DNA of 64,000 bases from an uncultured Candidatus Micrarchaeota archaeon (GCA_963714085.1 OY970229.1:288001-352000); one strand, 5' to 3'; numbered from the stretch's first letter, positions 40,601 through 48,800 are shown. Translations and numbers: made by a program. Notes: generated from the sequence alone by a model not told the origin.

Positions 40601-42843
40601 CCCGAATCCACCCCGAAGCCCCAACCGTCGTATTGCGCGGGATGGAAGATGGTCATCCAGCCGGAGGAGTATGAACTCTTGTTTATCCATGCGGAGACAG
40701 TCATCTGGTTCATATTGAAGTTGCCCCTGACGAGGGCGTATTGCGAGCCGTTGAAATGCATCGCGCCGCCGTATACGCCGGCCGGGGTCCAGGTCGGGCA
40801 GGTCGAGCCGGCGCATTCCGCGTCATGGCCGCCCATGCTCGAGTCGATGATGTGGCTGCCGTCCTCTCCGAAAGCGGAGAAGTTGTCGAAACGGTAGAGG
40901 AGCACGAGGTCGTCGCTGACGTCGAGCGTGCGGTTCGTGCCGTTCCAGTCCAGGATGAACCGGCTGAGCTGGTCGGAGGTCTCGTTCATGGTGGCGCTGA
41001 TGGGTATTGTTGAATTGGACGTCACCGTGGCTTCGTCCGGGGTCGGCTGGGAGAAGGCTATCTGCGGCGGGATGGGCTGGAACGTAACGTTCCTCGTCTC
41101 TGTGCAGTTCCCGTTGTCGATGTCGTCCTGCGCGCAGGCGAAATAGGTGAAATCGTGGTCGCCGGCCGGCAAGGAAGCGAAGGGCTGGTTGGCGAAGAAC
41201 TGCCATGCGCTCGCGTTGTCTTTGTTGAGGTTGGATTCGTAGAGCTGCTCTATCTCCATGTCGGAAAGCGCGCGGTCGTAGACGCGGACCTCGTCTATCT
41301 TTCCGTTGAAGTAATCGCCCCAATTAGGGTCCTTTCCCAGGGTGAACTTGTTCACGGTGTTCTGCCCGCTTGTCGGATACGTTCTGTATCTCACCCCGTT
41401 CTTATAGAACGTCACGCTGGACGCTGTGTATATCACCGCGACCTGCTGCCACTGGTTGAAATCAACCGGTGCGGTCTGCTGCCGATTAGGTCCTGTGTCC
41501 CCGGTGTATACCTCCCAATCGGACGTTCCGCCCTCTATAGTAAGGGTGCGGTCCCAGTTGTAATCATCGTCGCTGAACACGTCCTGCCGGCTTCCGCTCG
41601 TAGTTGTCGGATAGACCCACGCCACGAACGTCATGTACGGCATCGCGGAGGGCTGTATGTCGAGATTGGTGCCCAGAGCGTCGGATCCGTCGTATGAGAA
41701 TGCGCCGCCGTATTTGCCGTCAGGCGTCCATGTCGGGCAGTTGCCGTTGCACGTGGCGTTGTTACCGTACATGCTCAGGTCCGTGACATGGCCGTCGCCC
41801 TCCCCCAACGAGGAGAGGTTGTCGAAGTTGTACATCAGGACCAGGTCCGGGCTGTACACGCTATCGTTATTCAGCTGGGGGCCGCATGTCAGGTTCATGG
41901 CGCTCGGCTTATAGCAGCGGAAGTCGCAGTCCCCGTAGGTGGGCCCGTAAGGCCAGCAACCGCCCCCGTATGTGACCGTGCACGAGCTGCTCCCTATCGC
42001 GCAGTTTCCGCAGTCGACGCCTGCGCCTCCGCCGCATGTACCGCATCCGACGCCCCATTTCGATGTGTAGCCGGATATCACGGTCCCTGCCGGGCAGGAC
42101 AGGGTTATCGTAGACTCTTCGCCCGAGGCTTCATGGACGTTTACGACGCTGCTGTTGGCCGGGACGGAACTGCCGTTCCAGTCGAAGACGAACTTTCCGA
42201 GAGGCAGCGTCCCCTCGTTGATGCTGATGTTGATAGGTATGGTCGAATTGGATGTGTTCGCGGCCTCATCTGGGGTCGGAGGGGTGAAGGCTATGCCTGG
42301 CGGCGTTACGGGGCAGAGCGGGGCGAAGATGCTTCCGAGATCGGTTATGTTGGCGAACACGAATTTGTTGACGGTGTCCACTCCGTATGAGGACGAGAAG
42401 TTTGCGGTGTCGGTTATCCATCCAGCGCCGTTTTGGGTGGTGTATTTTCCCATGAAGAGCAAGCTCTCGTTCAGCCGCGCGAGGTCCGCAGGGCTGTAGC
42501 TGAAGTTGAGGAAGAGGAACGAGTCCGGCGAGTTGGAGGTGGCTTCCACGAACCTGTTGATGTCTGCCGTGAGCACCGGCCTCCGGGCATTGATGCTGTT
42601 GGAGGAGCTGGTGCCGTTCTCGAAGAGCTTTATCTGCAGGGTGTTGTTCCCGGAATCGCCATAGCCGTATTCCGCGGCATGGTCGTAGAAGATAATATAT
42701 ACGCGGTTGGGCGCCGTGCCCGCGACCCCGTAGGTGATGTTGCTGTCCACCCCGTTGGTGACTAGGTCCGACCACACGCCGGCGACCAGGTAATCCGAAC
42801 CCTGGTTATGCCCTGCGAACTCATGTAGTCCTCGTCGCAGCAC
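22666..42843 (-). CDS. Giant surface glycoprotein 1, C-terminal part: second half of NIDO-like domain, SUEL-like domain, 5 LamG, 2 beta-helix regions, 35 Ig-like repeats, Cys-rich domain, TM anchor
   Basis: 6725-codon open frame without its own signal peptide; LVLxYxFD...IDEVRVY LamG motifs; NNTA..N beta-helix repeats; 35 counted W-x-V/I-x-C repeats; C-terminal hydrophobic helix + RPPRK. Confidence 0.9.
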   Translation of the reverse strand: MLRRGLHEFAGHNQGSDYLVAGVWSDLVTNGVDSNITYGVAGTAPNRVYIIFYDHAAEYGYGDSGNNTLQIKLFENGTSSSNSINARRPVLTADINRFVEATSNSPDSFLFLNFSYSPADLARLNESLLFMGKYTTQNGAGWITDTANFSSSYGVDTVNKFVFANITDLGSIFAPLCPVTPPGIAFTPPTPDEAANTSNSTIPINISINEGTLPLGKFVFDWNGSSVPANSSVVNVHEASGEESTITLSCPAGTVISGYTSKWGVGCGTCGGGAGVDCGNCAIGSSSCTVTYGGGCWPYGPTYGDCDFRCYKPSAMNLTCGPQLNNDSVYSPDLVLMYNFDNLSSLGEGDGHVTDLSMYGNNATCNGNCPTWTPDGKYGGAFSYDGSDALGTNLDIQPSAMPYMTFVAWVYPTTTSGSRQDVFSDDDYNWDRTLTIEGGTSDWEVYTGDTGPNRQQTAPVDFNQWQQVAVIYTASSVTFYKNGVRYRTYPTSGQNTVNKFTLGKDPNWGDYFNGKIDEVRVYDRALSDMEIEQLYESNLNKDNASAWQFFANQPFASLPAGDHDFTYFACAQDDIDNGNCTETRNVTFQPIPPQIAFSQPTPDEATVTSNSTIPISATMNETSDQLSRFILDWNGTNRTLDVSDDLVLLYRFDNFSAFGEDGSHIIDSSMGGHDAECAGSTCPTWTPAGVYGGAMHFNGSQYALVRGNFNMNQMTVSAWINKSSYSSGWMTIFHPAQYDGWGFGVDSGDHLYLQWHGHFTIGSAGTITDNTWHQVALTYDGYTATFYIDGVQVGIANPYSPTFNGAAPYVLGCAYDGENSCFNGTMDDVRIYNRSLTADEMQQLYESSPNKYGSGAWQFSTSQPFGSLPAGDYNFTYSACAQDTAANENCTETRNITHHVIPPQIAFAPPTPDEGTNTSGSTVPINISINETSNPLTRFILDWNGTNRTLDPTDDLVLLYHFDNLSALGEDGSHVADASMNGHDAVCSGSTCPTWTPSGKYNGAFHFDGVDDYFTTGNLDMNIFSVSAWIKLDTTSFASGKEIIDAQNCGGWELYVGPDNTLWLADRCIDHVKSAGTINDTQWHNIVVTDDGYTVRFYIDGASAGNQYFGYTFNSGGGPYTIGGLVVASDQYFPGKIDELRVYNRSLLPSEVGQLYLSNLDEYDAGTWQFSVNQPFGSLPAGYYNFTYSACVQDSAADTACTETRNITLHNIGPDIAFSPPTPADGNVTSAPGVPINISINETLNPLGQLTYDWNNTNYTPYDGNLVLMYNFDNVSALGEDDSHVTDVSMYGNNATCSGSSCPAWTPDGVYGGAYVFDGVDDQFNANNLDDNQLTVSTWIKLNSTSRPGYQGLIASGNCNGWSFFIWPDNTLVFSHTCVNTIASTGTITDTDWHQVVMSYNGSTATFYIDGNPAGSQSYNDTFNSSGGQYLIGAGVGSYFQGSMDELRVYNRSLSAQEVMQLYESNLDKYDTNKWQFSINQSFDVLSGGDHIFTYSGCAQDINGHGKCTETRHITSRVFGPAIAFSPPTPPEAAFTSNSSILVNISVNETRYPLGQLTYDWNGTNYTPYDGSLVLMYDFDNVSALGENDSHVTDVSMYGNNATCSGSSCPAWTSDGVYGGAYHFDGVDDNFTMGNLDHTPMTVSTWIKRDRTSVSGGEAIIYTHDCNGWGLGIAADNTVFFDWACNVVLGGSTGTVADSDWHQLTVTYDGSTATFYIDGAASGSASSYNPVFNSAGGQYLVGGMGFTGFSQNFQGTIDEIRVYNRTLSASEIQQLYESNLNKYDAGKWQFSTNQSFGSLPFGEDNLAYYGCAQDINGAESCTEERNVTYNATSCPVITSPGTYLQPSDYTGAPNDASEMPSPGAACVKIAASNVVYDCNGHTITNDYMFTDRYGILLNGSLTNVTVQNCPLISNYTYNVYVYQSNDSVFTNITEVSAGFYSGTWGISLDSSNQNTISNSIFDNNSVFGILLSSSNQTNLSNDHADNNQIGIYNGGSQNILVNNTADNNENFGILDYAQNALYNNTAAENGYSDFGVYPGSVEDCQNTTVLNNTGSAGRPIYYSSEPVSWDGLDAAEIILCGADGSNITDSVVSGSDTLNNDGLFMEFTNDTTIANTTSYGNSYGFLMSDDSNCTFLDDTADNSGFDGFNVQDSNAITYLNGIANNNSGAGFHITNSTALNLTNNTAAGDIADGFYIDIDPASGSSFVSNTADNSSWAGIYVADTYAGDNASPNLFSGNVMCNNSFDGLQSWSPNSTFTNNLACGNGRYGFYIVNAANNTFINNSASNNSNAGLLIERSDQTSVQGMYFSNNSQDMQVQDDSGSPMTINLSGLVFDNPLGGLENYTNLSINDSVDPGEEYSINWTSNSSALLPGEDSFARTFVNITNLSSTMSIDSIVWSWTDDQVAEGGYTPGRFGLWGLNDSGWTLLNDTPDTSANTLGLTNLGQAGAYGIFESFQECPVISTSGTFSPMNNLFGAPNDASEMAEGGTACVEINSSDVVFDCNGYNITMDAPAGPTTYGIAVFPSLTNVTIQNCPNISGYGHGIDMESATYSVITNVTVTNSYEWSGTIAGIMLNHGSNNNLTDNNLSNDYNDILINASTDDLVSGNVFQSYGNGIVLYSSDNNVLHDNIAYNISSNGISLQSSDNNTIYNNTANNCNTGISIYGSSLNTVYNNTAMENSNLDLDVTPSNPNPPYNWDVSYCQNNITDLIGSGYRPVYYSDEPVPWDGLDAAEIELCGASGSTVTNSIVNGSDTLYNNAFLMYLTNDSLVANVSSSFNARGFVTDYVNNVTYTNDVADNDSYAGFIIITSSAISLINNSVINVGSDGIYANELSNSSFINNTIAHSNSEGIYVYDGNQTVISGNNLSNIFYSNLELSGSFSSDATDNIIDCRVAYFNTSSWLGLSVESSNDTFLRNNSVSNCANGLTIQYSDQTVVQGQYLSNNTNDLVVGGSGSPITLNLSGIIFDNPMGNMENFTNLSINDTMDDGEVYVINWSGIPAALPPSYNSFAQKFVDISVVSGNVSIDSTVWSWNGSELNGYDQTRFELWNYNGSWSDTGAALDTVAGTLSLANLNPAGTYGILQHQTTLAVDLMSPAGGYASNTASVNFTFNATGATSTMNCSLYLDGSLNQTNETTANDTATAFQALDIPAGQHNWSVSCMDGVSNTGTSETRSFSVSTTGPTVSPISPIANLNTSATSLVFTFNETDPVYTSVSCDLTIDGSVVNSTTATNASLTSMGYSPLGQGVHRWNVSCTNAADNTGTSATRNLTVDTTVPTIILNSPANQSPSGSSTVSFNFTAQDNLARKMSCSLFIDDALALVHPATNNDTATVLTGNGIDDGDHTWYVQCTDNANNTGTSETRSFSVVTTFPSVVLNSPANDFITSSTALDFSFNETDPVYANASCSLIMDGTAVNSTTATNDTETILGHSGLVGGPHSWSVSCTNAANNTAVSETWNFTVTTIGPAIILVSPASGLNTSSTALDFIFNETDPVYATVPCNLTVDGSVVNSTTAANSTLADMGYSPLDEGTHTWNVSCVDDADNSGTSLTRSFTVDTTAPSVSLDSPDNQSISSSSSVAFNFTPTDNLAQTMSCSIFLDDVLNQSKASANGTETTFTISGIADGDHTWYVQCTDNANNTDTSETRDLSVIITSPTVTLISPASGNITSATSLNFIFNETDPVYPSVSCDLTIDGTVRNSTTATNGSLTTLGYSGLGAGIHYWNVSCTNAVNNTGISETWSFIVSTTGPTVSLVSPINGLNTSATALNFTFNETDPAFTNASCNLTVDGSVVNSTTATNSSLTTLGYNVTSQGAHRWNVSCTNAANHPGNSTTRNFTVDTTPPTIALNSPSNQSQLGSSTVSFNFTAQDNLASKMSCSIFIDDALALVHPATNNNTATVLTTGSIDDGDHTWYVACTDNANNTGTSETRSFSVVSTSPTVYLASPISGFITNATSLSFTFNETDPVYATVPCNLTIDGTIRNSTTATNDTPATLGVSGISQGTHNWNVTCTNAANNTATSATWSFTSAPAAPTVYLISPVSGLNTSSTALNFVFNETDPVFATAACNLSVDGSAVNSTTANNSTATTLGYTAAEGAHNWSVTCTNAANDTAISAPRGFMVDTEPPNVTLNSPANQSIYTSSTVAFNFTAIDNLASTMNCSLYLDNVLNRTNVSVLNNTATLFTVSNMSDGNHTWYVSCTDNAGNANTSETRIFTAATSVPSVSLVSPINGLNTSSTSLNFTFNETDSLFATAACNLSIDGSAVNSTTANNSTATTLGYTAAEGAHSWNVSCTNAANHTGTSAPRSFTVDVTEPTVSPSSPADQSLYNKSTITFNFTATDNLASKMGCSLYLDGDSNATNASVSNHTATLFTVSNITDGSHTWYVSCTDNAGNNGTSGNRSFTVVTTAPTVTLSSPASGNITTAKSINFTFNETDPVFTNASCSLSVDGAVRNSTIAANNTLTGLGYSGLADGAHNWSVSCTDGANNTNASVTWLFTVTTIAPMISLVSPANGINISAATLNFSFIETDTVYPTASCNLTVDGSFRASTAALNDTLATVSYSGLPDGLHYWNISCVDSSNNANTSATRSFTLDTTPPSVSLNSPANLAPVNSSTVAFNFTAQDNLAQKMSCSLFLDSAPNRTNSSVSNNTATVFNVSGITDGSHTWYVNCTDNANNSNVSATGNFSVVTTAPTVVLDSPTSGINTSSNSLGFTFNETDPVYPNASCNLSIDGTIRNSTTATNNTPTTLGYSGLSDGTHHWNVTCRDAANNANASATWNFTVITTAPTVVLNSPIPGLNTSSTALNFNFTETDPIYPGAACNLSVDGSVVNSTTATNSTPATLGDSPLAQGLHTWSVSCADGINNANTSATRSFTVDTTAPTVNLATPANQSLYNMTTLAFNFTAQDNLAPVMSCSIYIDNVLNRTSSAINNTPASFTIISIADGTYTWYVACTDNANNTNTSENRTFSVVTTAPTVNLSSPISGFTTSSTSLNFTFNETDPVFANASCNLSIDGTVRNSTTATNNTPTTMGYSGIGDGNHNWSVTCRNAANNTATSATWNFTLVSTFPAVVLVSPISGLNTSSTALSFTFNMTDHFYTNASCNLTVDGSVANSTTATNSSLTSMGDSPLGQGIHYWNVTCVNGANNANTSATRSFTVDTAPPTVNLTSPANQSLFNSSAVSFYFNATDNLASAMNCSLYIDNAFSQYAPTANNTQTILSANGIGDGSHTWYVACTDNAGNNGTSETRTFTVVTSGPSVAPQSPADGLNTSATAISFSFIETDVFPNASCNLRIDGTSRNSTTASNNTLTTMSYSGLLSGPHTWSVSCTNGANNTGTSGPRSFIVGTTAATVILSSPPTGLNTSSTSLPFVFIETDVFPTETCNLSIDGTVRNSTTATNGSLTTMGYSPLSQGAHSWNVSCVNPVSFVGKSLTRTFTVDLTPPNVTPNSPANLSVFNSATVVFNFTAVDNMALRMSCSIYIDGSLGQTNFLTANNTPTLFTIGSIDDGSHTWYVVCTDNAGNNGTSVARNLTVDTAAPTVTLVSPANNNITSVTALNFTFNETDPVYPNASCNLTIDGTVRNSTTATNGSLITLGYSGLGQAVHYWNVTCTNAANNTNTSATNSFTVATTPPLVVPSSPVMGLNTSATALNFAFNETDVFASAVCNLTINGIPVNSTTALNNTLTTLGYSGLGEGAYSWNVSCIDAANHTGTSATRSFTVDTEPPNVTLSSPANQSISTSTTVAFNFTATDNLASTTNCSIYLDNHLNRTNASVLNSTPTLFTISNITDASHAWYVVCTDSAGNIGTSQVWNFTLVSTLPSVVLVSPISGLNTSSTALSFTFNVTDHFYTNASCNLTVDGSVANSTTAANSSLTSMGDSPLGQGIHYWNVTCMDPANNTNTSAARSFTVDTTAPGVALNSPYNLSLLNSATVSFNFTATDNLANATNCSIYLDNVQNSTNPSVLNSTPTLFTISNITDGNHTWYVACTDNAGNTGPSAAWNFTIVTTAPTVVLNSPANNNITTATSLDFSFNETDPVYPTASCNLTMDGYQVNSTTATNSVPADMGDSGLVGGPHTWSVSCTDAANNTGTSPPWGFAVATVGPTVILVSPPMGINTSSAALGFTFNETDQFFASASCNLSIDGSVVNSTTASNDTLTTLGYSGLGEGLHYWNVSCVDGAPYVGSSLTKTFTVDLTPPSVTLSSPANLSLLDSSTVAFNFTATDNLATTMNCSVFIDGAQNTSDPSVLNDTGTTITASDIADGSHTWYVACTDNAGNTGASDTWYFNSSTLLPNIGQLSPPNGAIYSSSAPIDVTFNFTAVDPPSPELNCSLYLDAAPEYNNGSVLSGTPDQSVLSAAVGAHVWRVTCTDIYGNTNSSPNYGFTISAPAPSPSPPPSYGGGGGGGGGFASVQYTQPSLLLSYSMAPCPSDEVTVTSSTSGVDVKLVLTKPYEGTLYSQTTGSDDTTVFHLAANGSYEIDASKQGYRSGVNNFTYTTCAAAAPANVTTPVTPIPPPPQVNCTSDAQCPSTYYCNTTVATCEPAMSSCGYAENHVWHQYQCCADTDCKQGQFCVANSCDVPNITGGNEGPSSQGVILLTVGGFPLANATLQIYGPNGTSSQVTTDANGEAMLSFQLQGYYMVDVAHGGTSATLLLNMSAQPPSSQSAQSTAQAQPQSPGLESYWWMPVLISAAMVLAFLAYEFLTAGRPPRKPWHTRQSPPAAPPQNPPPA

Positions 42844-45800
42844 GAGCTGTCGTCCGAGACTACGGTTTCGTTGTTCATGTAGATGAAGCCGTTCGTGCTT
42901 ATCCTTATGTGGTCGTTCTGCCTTCCGAAAAGCGTGACGTTGAAGGGGAGCGTTATGTCGTCGCTGACGCCCTCGTCCCCGTACATCGACCCCAGGACGG
43001 TCATGCCAGATACGGGCGTGAGGTCCGTGGCGGTGTTGGATGAAAGGACGCTTCCGTTCGTCCCCGCGTAGTAGGCCACGGAGCCGTTATAATCGACAAT
43101 GGTCGGGCCGAAGGACGTGATGCTGCTGGGACTGCCCGCCCCGCCCGAGAGGCCCGTGACTTTGGTGCCGTCTCCCTGGGTCGAGAGTATGTCTATCTCG
43201 ATGTTCGGCGAGCCGCTGTTTGTCCTAGGGCGCCCGGAATCCTGGATGTTCACGTCCTTGGGCTCGAAGGACAGCGTGTTGTTGCCCAGGCTGAGGTTTT
43301 GGACCACGATGCCCGTGGAATCGTCGCTCGAGGAGAAGGCCCAGAGCGAGTTGCCTGATGCGTTGCAGCTGGTGAAATTGCTGTCCTGCGTCGAGTTGAG
43401 TGCGAAGCCGATGCTGTTGTTGTGCGCCGTGACTGAGGCGAAGGTGTCGTTGTCGGACTGGTAGGCGTAGAGGCCGTAGGTGTAATTGGATATCAGAGGG
43501 CAGTTCTGGACCGTCACGTTGGTGAGCGACGGGACGATCGCGATTCCGTAGGAGATGCCGGTTGTGCCGTTGCCGGTTATGGTGTCGCCGTTGCAGTCGA
43601 AGACGACGTTGGAGGCTGCTATCTTCACGCATGCCATGCCTCCATCGGGCATCTCCGAGGCGTCGTTCGGAGCCCCCAGGTAAGAGTTCGCCATGGTGAA
43701 CGTCCCGGGCGAATCCACCACCTGGCAGGTCTGGATGGTCTCGAGTATGCCGTAGGTGCTCGCAGGATTCAGGTTCGTGAGGGCGAGTGTGTCCGCGCCG
43801 GTATCGAGCGCCGCGCCCGTATTGCTCCATGTTCCGTTGTATTTCCAGAGCTGGAAGCTCGATTCGTTGTGCCCTGAGCTCTCGGGATCGGTCCAGCTCC
43901 AGCGGATGGAGTCTATGGATACGGTCCCGGAGACTTTCGATATGTTCACGAACTTCTGCGCGAATGATACGCGGTTTTGCGGGAGGGTGGGCGGGCTATT
44001 CGCCCATTTTATCGTGTACGTCTCGCTTTTCAGCTGGTCGTTTATCGAAAGGTTCGTGTAGCCGGCCATGCTGCCCGTTGGATTGTCGAACACCACTCCT
44101 GTGAGGTTCACCGTCCTGTTGGTGCCGTCCGTCGTTATATAGAAACTTGCCACCGAATTGTTGAAGTAGCGGTCGTAGGAGATCTGCGTATTGTTGCTTT
44201 TTTGGATGTATACGCCGTATTGGCTGTTGTCGTGCGCGGTGTTGTTGGTCAGGTTGTCGTTGTTGCTGCTTTGGAGGTAGAAGCCATAGCCGGAGCCGGA
44301 CACCGTGTCGTTGGTGAACAGGTCTCCGTTGCTGCTTTGCGGGGAGAAGCCGTAACTGCAGCCGTATACCGTGTCGTTGGCGAACAGGTCTCCGTTGGAC
44401 TGGTATGCGACGGCGCCGTACGTATAGGCCGATATCCCCGGGCAGTTCTGCACCGTCACGTTGCTGGCAGAGCTGCTGACCATTATGCCGTAGGTCGTTC
44501 CCGCGATGCCGTGGTTGGTTATCGCATGGCCGGCGCAGTCGAAGACCACGTTTGATGCGGTTATTTTCACGCACGCATTGCCTGCGAGCGGCGATACGCT
44601 GTTCGGGGCGCCGGAGTAGTCCCTGTCCATGGTGTAGAGGCCTGGAGCGGATATCACCGGGCAGTTGATGTTGTGGTATGTCACGTTCCTGGTCTCGGTG
44701 CAGTTCTCATTTGCGCCGCTATCCTGCACGCAGGCGGAATACGTGAAATTATAGTAGCCGGAGAGGGGAATGAAGCCGAAGGGCTGGTTGAGGAGGAACT
44801 GCGTGCTGCCGGGGTTGTAGCTGAGGGGATTGCCTAGATAGAGCTGCTGGATCTCCGATGCCGAGAGCGAGCGGTTGTAGATGCGGACCTCGTCCATCGT
44901 GCCGTTGAAGAACTCGCTGGAGGGGCTCGTGCCGTGCGAGCCGAGCATGAGCGGATATGGCGAGCTCGGGATGGCCCCGGATTGGGCGCGCCAGTTGTCA
45001 AGGACGCCGTTGATGTAGAGCTTCTCCTGGCTGCCGTCGTAGGTGGCTGTGAGCATGTACCACTGTCCAGAGCTCAGGACGGTGTTGGAGTCCAAGGCAT
45101 AGCCGGGGTTCGCTGTCCAGAACTCGGCATGGACTCCGTTGGTGCGCAGCGCGTATGTCGCGTATGGGGAACCCCAATACGGCGTGATGGGGTTGGCCAG
45201 CTTGGTGATGAGGTCCTCGTAATAGGGGAAGTTGTCCGAGACATTGACCCACACCGAGAGGGTCAGCCCGTTGGTCGGGTCCAGCGATGGGCTGTCGGGC
45301 ACTGTGAGGTAGTCGGTCCCGTCGAAGTGATAGGCTCCGTTGAACCTGCCGGCAGAAGTCCATTTCGGGCATGACGTGCCGCTGCACGTGATGCGGTTGC
45401 CGTACACGCTAGAGTCGGCGATGTGGCTGCTGTCCTCGCCCAATGCGGAGAGGTTGTCGAAATGATAAAGGAGCACGAGGTCGTTGGTGGGCTCGTACGT
45501 GAGGTTCGTGCCGTTCCAGTCCAGGACGAGCCGGGTGAGCGGGTTGGAGGTCTCGTTCACGGTCACGTTTATGGGTATCGACGAATCGTTTGTTGCCGCC
45601 GCTTCGTCCGGGGTCGGCGGGGCGAATGCTATCTCCGGCGCGATGACGTCGTGCGTTATGTTCCTTGTTTCCGTGCAGTTCTCCGAGCCGAACGCGTCCT
45701 GGACGCAGGCGGAATACGTGAAATTGTATTCGCCGGCGGGCAAAGAGCCGAACGGCTGGTTCGTGAAGAACTGCCAGTTGGTGGAATCGTAGAGCTGTGC

Positions 45801-48800
45801 TATCTCGGATGGCGGGAGGACGCGGTCGTAGACGCGCAGGTCGTCTATCAGGCCCTGGAAGTAGAAGCCACCGTCCATGTTCTGCTCCCCTACCCCGTAG
45901 TGCCCTGCGCCGGAATTGAAAGTGTCGCTGTACCCCTGGCTGCCTGCCGGGACGCCATCTATGTAGAAGTTGACGTTGGAGCCGTCGTATGTGACGCTGA
46001 CGAAATGCCAGGCCGTGTCAGTGATTGTGGAGGAGGATGCGCGGTCGCTATTGCACGTGTGGGTGAGCCGCAGTGTGTTGTCGGAATCGATGCGCACGCC
46101 CCATCCTCCGCAGTTCATGGAGGCGAATATTCCGTCGTTGGAACCGACCCGGTCCCTCTTTATCCAGGCGGTGAACGTCAATGGGACGTTGTGGTCCAGG
46201 TTCACGCCGCTGTTGAAATAGGTCTGCGTGCCGTCGAACTGGTATGCGCCGCCGAATTTTCCGTCGGGCGTCCATGCCGGGCAGGACGAGCCGCTGCACG
46301 TGGCGTTGTTGCCGTACGTGCTCAGGTCCGTGACATGGTGGCCGTCCTCCCCCAAATAAGAGAGATTGTCGAACTCGTAGGCCAGCACGAGGCTGCTGTC
46401 GTATATTCCGTTGCCTGGCAACGTGCGGTTCGTGCCGTTCCAGTTGAAGACGAACGTGCTGAGGAGATTGGACGTCTCGTTCACGCTGATGTTGATGGGC
46501 ATTGTGTAATTGGTTGTGCTGGCGCCTTCATCCGGGGTCGGCGCTGAGAATGCGATGGCCGGGGGGATGATGCGGAATGTCACATCCCTCGACGTGCAGT
46601 TCTCGGACCCGAACATGTCCGCTATGCAGGCGGAATACGTGAAATTATGGTCGCCGGAGGGGAACAGGCCGAAGGACTGGGTCGTTGAGAACTGCCAGTT
46701 GGTGGAGTTGTAGAGCTGCGCTATCTCGGATGCCGGCAGGGCGCGGTCGTAGACGCGCAGGTCGTCCATCGTGCCGTTGAAATAGGAGTCTCCGCCACCG
46801 GAGGTCCCGATCACGTAGTCCCCGCCTCCGCCATAGCTTACCGAGAAGCCCGGGTTTTCTTCCGGGATGCCATCTATGTAGAATATCGCGCTGGTACCGT
46901 TGTAGGTCACCGCGACATGCTGCCATGCTCCGTCGGTGACCGTGTCTGTTGAGATGGTCGTGAAATGGCCGCGCCATTCGAGATAAAGGTGATTGTCATT
47001 CGTTATGCCGAAGCCGAAGCCGCCGTCGTTTCTGGAATGGAGGATATACATCCACTGGGGGGAGTCCGACTCCTTGTCTATCCATGCGGAAACCGTCAGC
47101 TGGCTGTAGTCGAGGTTTCCTGTATCGAAGTAGTCCTGCACGCCGTCGAAATGGTATGCGCCGCCGTACTTGCCGTTCAGGGTCCACATGGGGCAGTCCG
47201 GGTCGGTGCACGTGGCGTTGTCGCCGTACGTGCTCAGGTCCGTGACGTGGTGGCCGTCCTCTCCCAGGTAAGGGAGGTTGTCGAACTCGTAGGCCAGCAC
47301 GAGGCTGCTGTCGTATACGCCGTTGCCGGGCAGCGTGCGGTTGGTGCCGTTCCAGCCAAGGGTGAACACGCCGAGCGGGTTGGAGGTCGAGTTCATGCTT
47401 ATGTTTATCAGGATGGATGAAGCGCTCGTTGTGCTGCCATTATCCGGGGTCGGCGGGCTGAAGGCGATGGCCGGCGGGGCGGGCTGGTACGTCACATCCC
47501 TTGACGTGCAGTTCTCGAAAGCGAGTGTATCCTGCGCGCAGCCGGAATACGTGAAGTTATAGTCGCCGGGCTGGAACGGACCGAAGGGCTGGTTGATGGA
47601 GAACTGCCATTGGCCGGGAGCGTATTTGTTGAGGTTGGACTCGTAGAGCTGTTGGATCTCCGATGCCGAGAGCGTGCGGTTGTAGAAGCGCATCTCGTCC
47701 ATGCTGCCATTTAAAAAGCCCCCTATGTAGCTTCCTATGTAATAAATGCCATTGTGATTTATCGGGTTCGAGAAAGGGCTGGTTCCGGCCGGAGCGCCGT
47801 CTATATAGTAGTCCACGCTGGAGCCGTCGTAGGTCACGGCGACTTGATGCCAATCCGTGTCCATGATCCTGCCTGTCGAGGGGGCGGCGTCGGCGATATA
47901 CGCCTGCCCGAACCTCAGGGTATTGTCCGACCCGAGGTACAGGACCCAGCCCTGGCCGTTGTCAGTGGCGAGGCCCTGCAACCAGCCGATGTGGGTGCTG
48001 TCCAGCTTTATCCAGGTGGAGAATGTGAGCGGGACGGTGCTCAGATCGTTCGTAGTGAACTGCTCGTCCACTCCGTCGAAATGGTATGCGCCCCCGTACC
48101 TGCCGTCCAGCGTCCATGTCGGGCAGTACGGGTCTGTGCACGTGGCGGTGTTGTTGCCGTACATGCTCAGGTCCGTGACCTGGCTCCCGTTCTCCCCCAG
48201 CGAGGAGACGTTGTCGAAGTTGTACATCAGCAGAAGGCTGGGGTCGTAGGGCGTGTAGTTCGCGCCGTAGCTGATGGGATTGGAAAGGTAGAGCTGCTGG
48301 ATTTCCGATGCTGAAAGTGAACGGTTGAGTGCCATGACCTCGTCCACCGAACCGTTGAAGAAAAAGAACGGGGGGCCATAATCATGGAACAGGCAGCCGA
48401 TGCTGAAGCCATCGAGCGTCGAATCCGGAGATGCGGACGACGTTCCGGGAGTCACCACACCGTCAACATACAGGTATGTCGTTCCGTCCCTCCTTGTCAT
48501 CGTTACATAGTACCACTGGTTTGCAGAAGGGAAGGCATAACCGCTATCTATAATTACGACACCGCCGAAAAGCCCTTCGAGATGGTCTCCTATGACTCCA
48601 AAGCCGTAGCCGCCGTAATCACGCCCGTTGTAGACGGCTATGGTCGTCGCCTGCGGCAGGACCGCCGGATTTATCCATGCGGCCAGCGTCCAATTGTCCG
48701 TGGCGTTCGTGGCTGCGTTCGGGAAGCCGATGTAGCCATCGACTCCGTCGAATGTGTAAGCGCCCCCGTATTTTCCTGAGGGTGTGAACGACGCTCCCCC

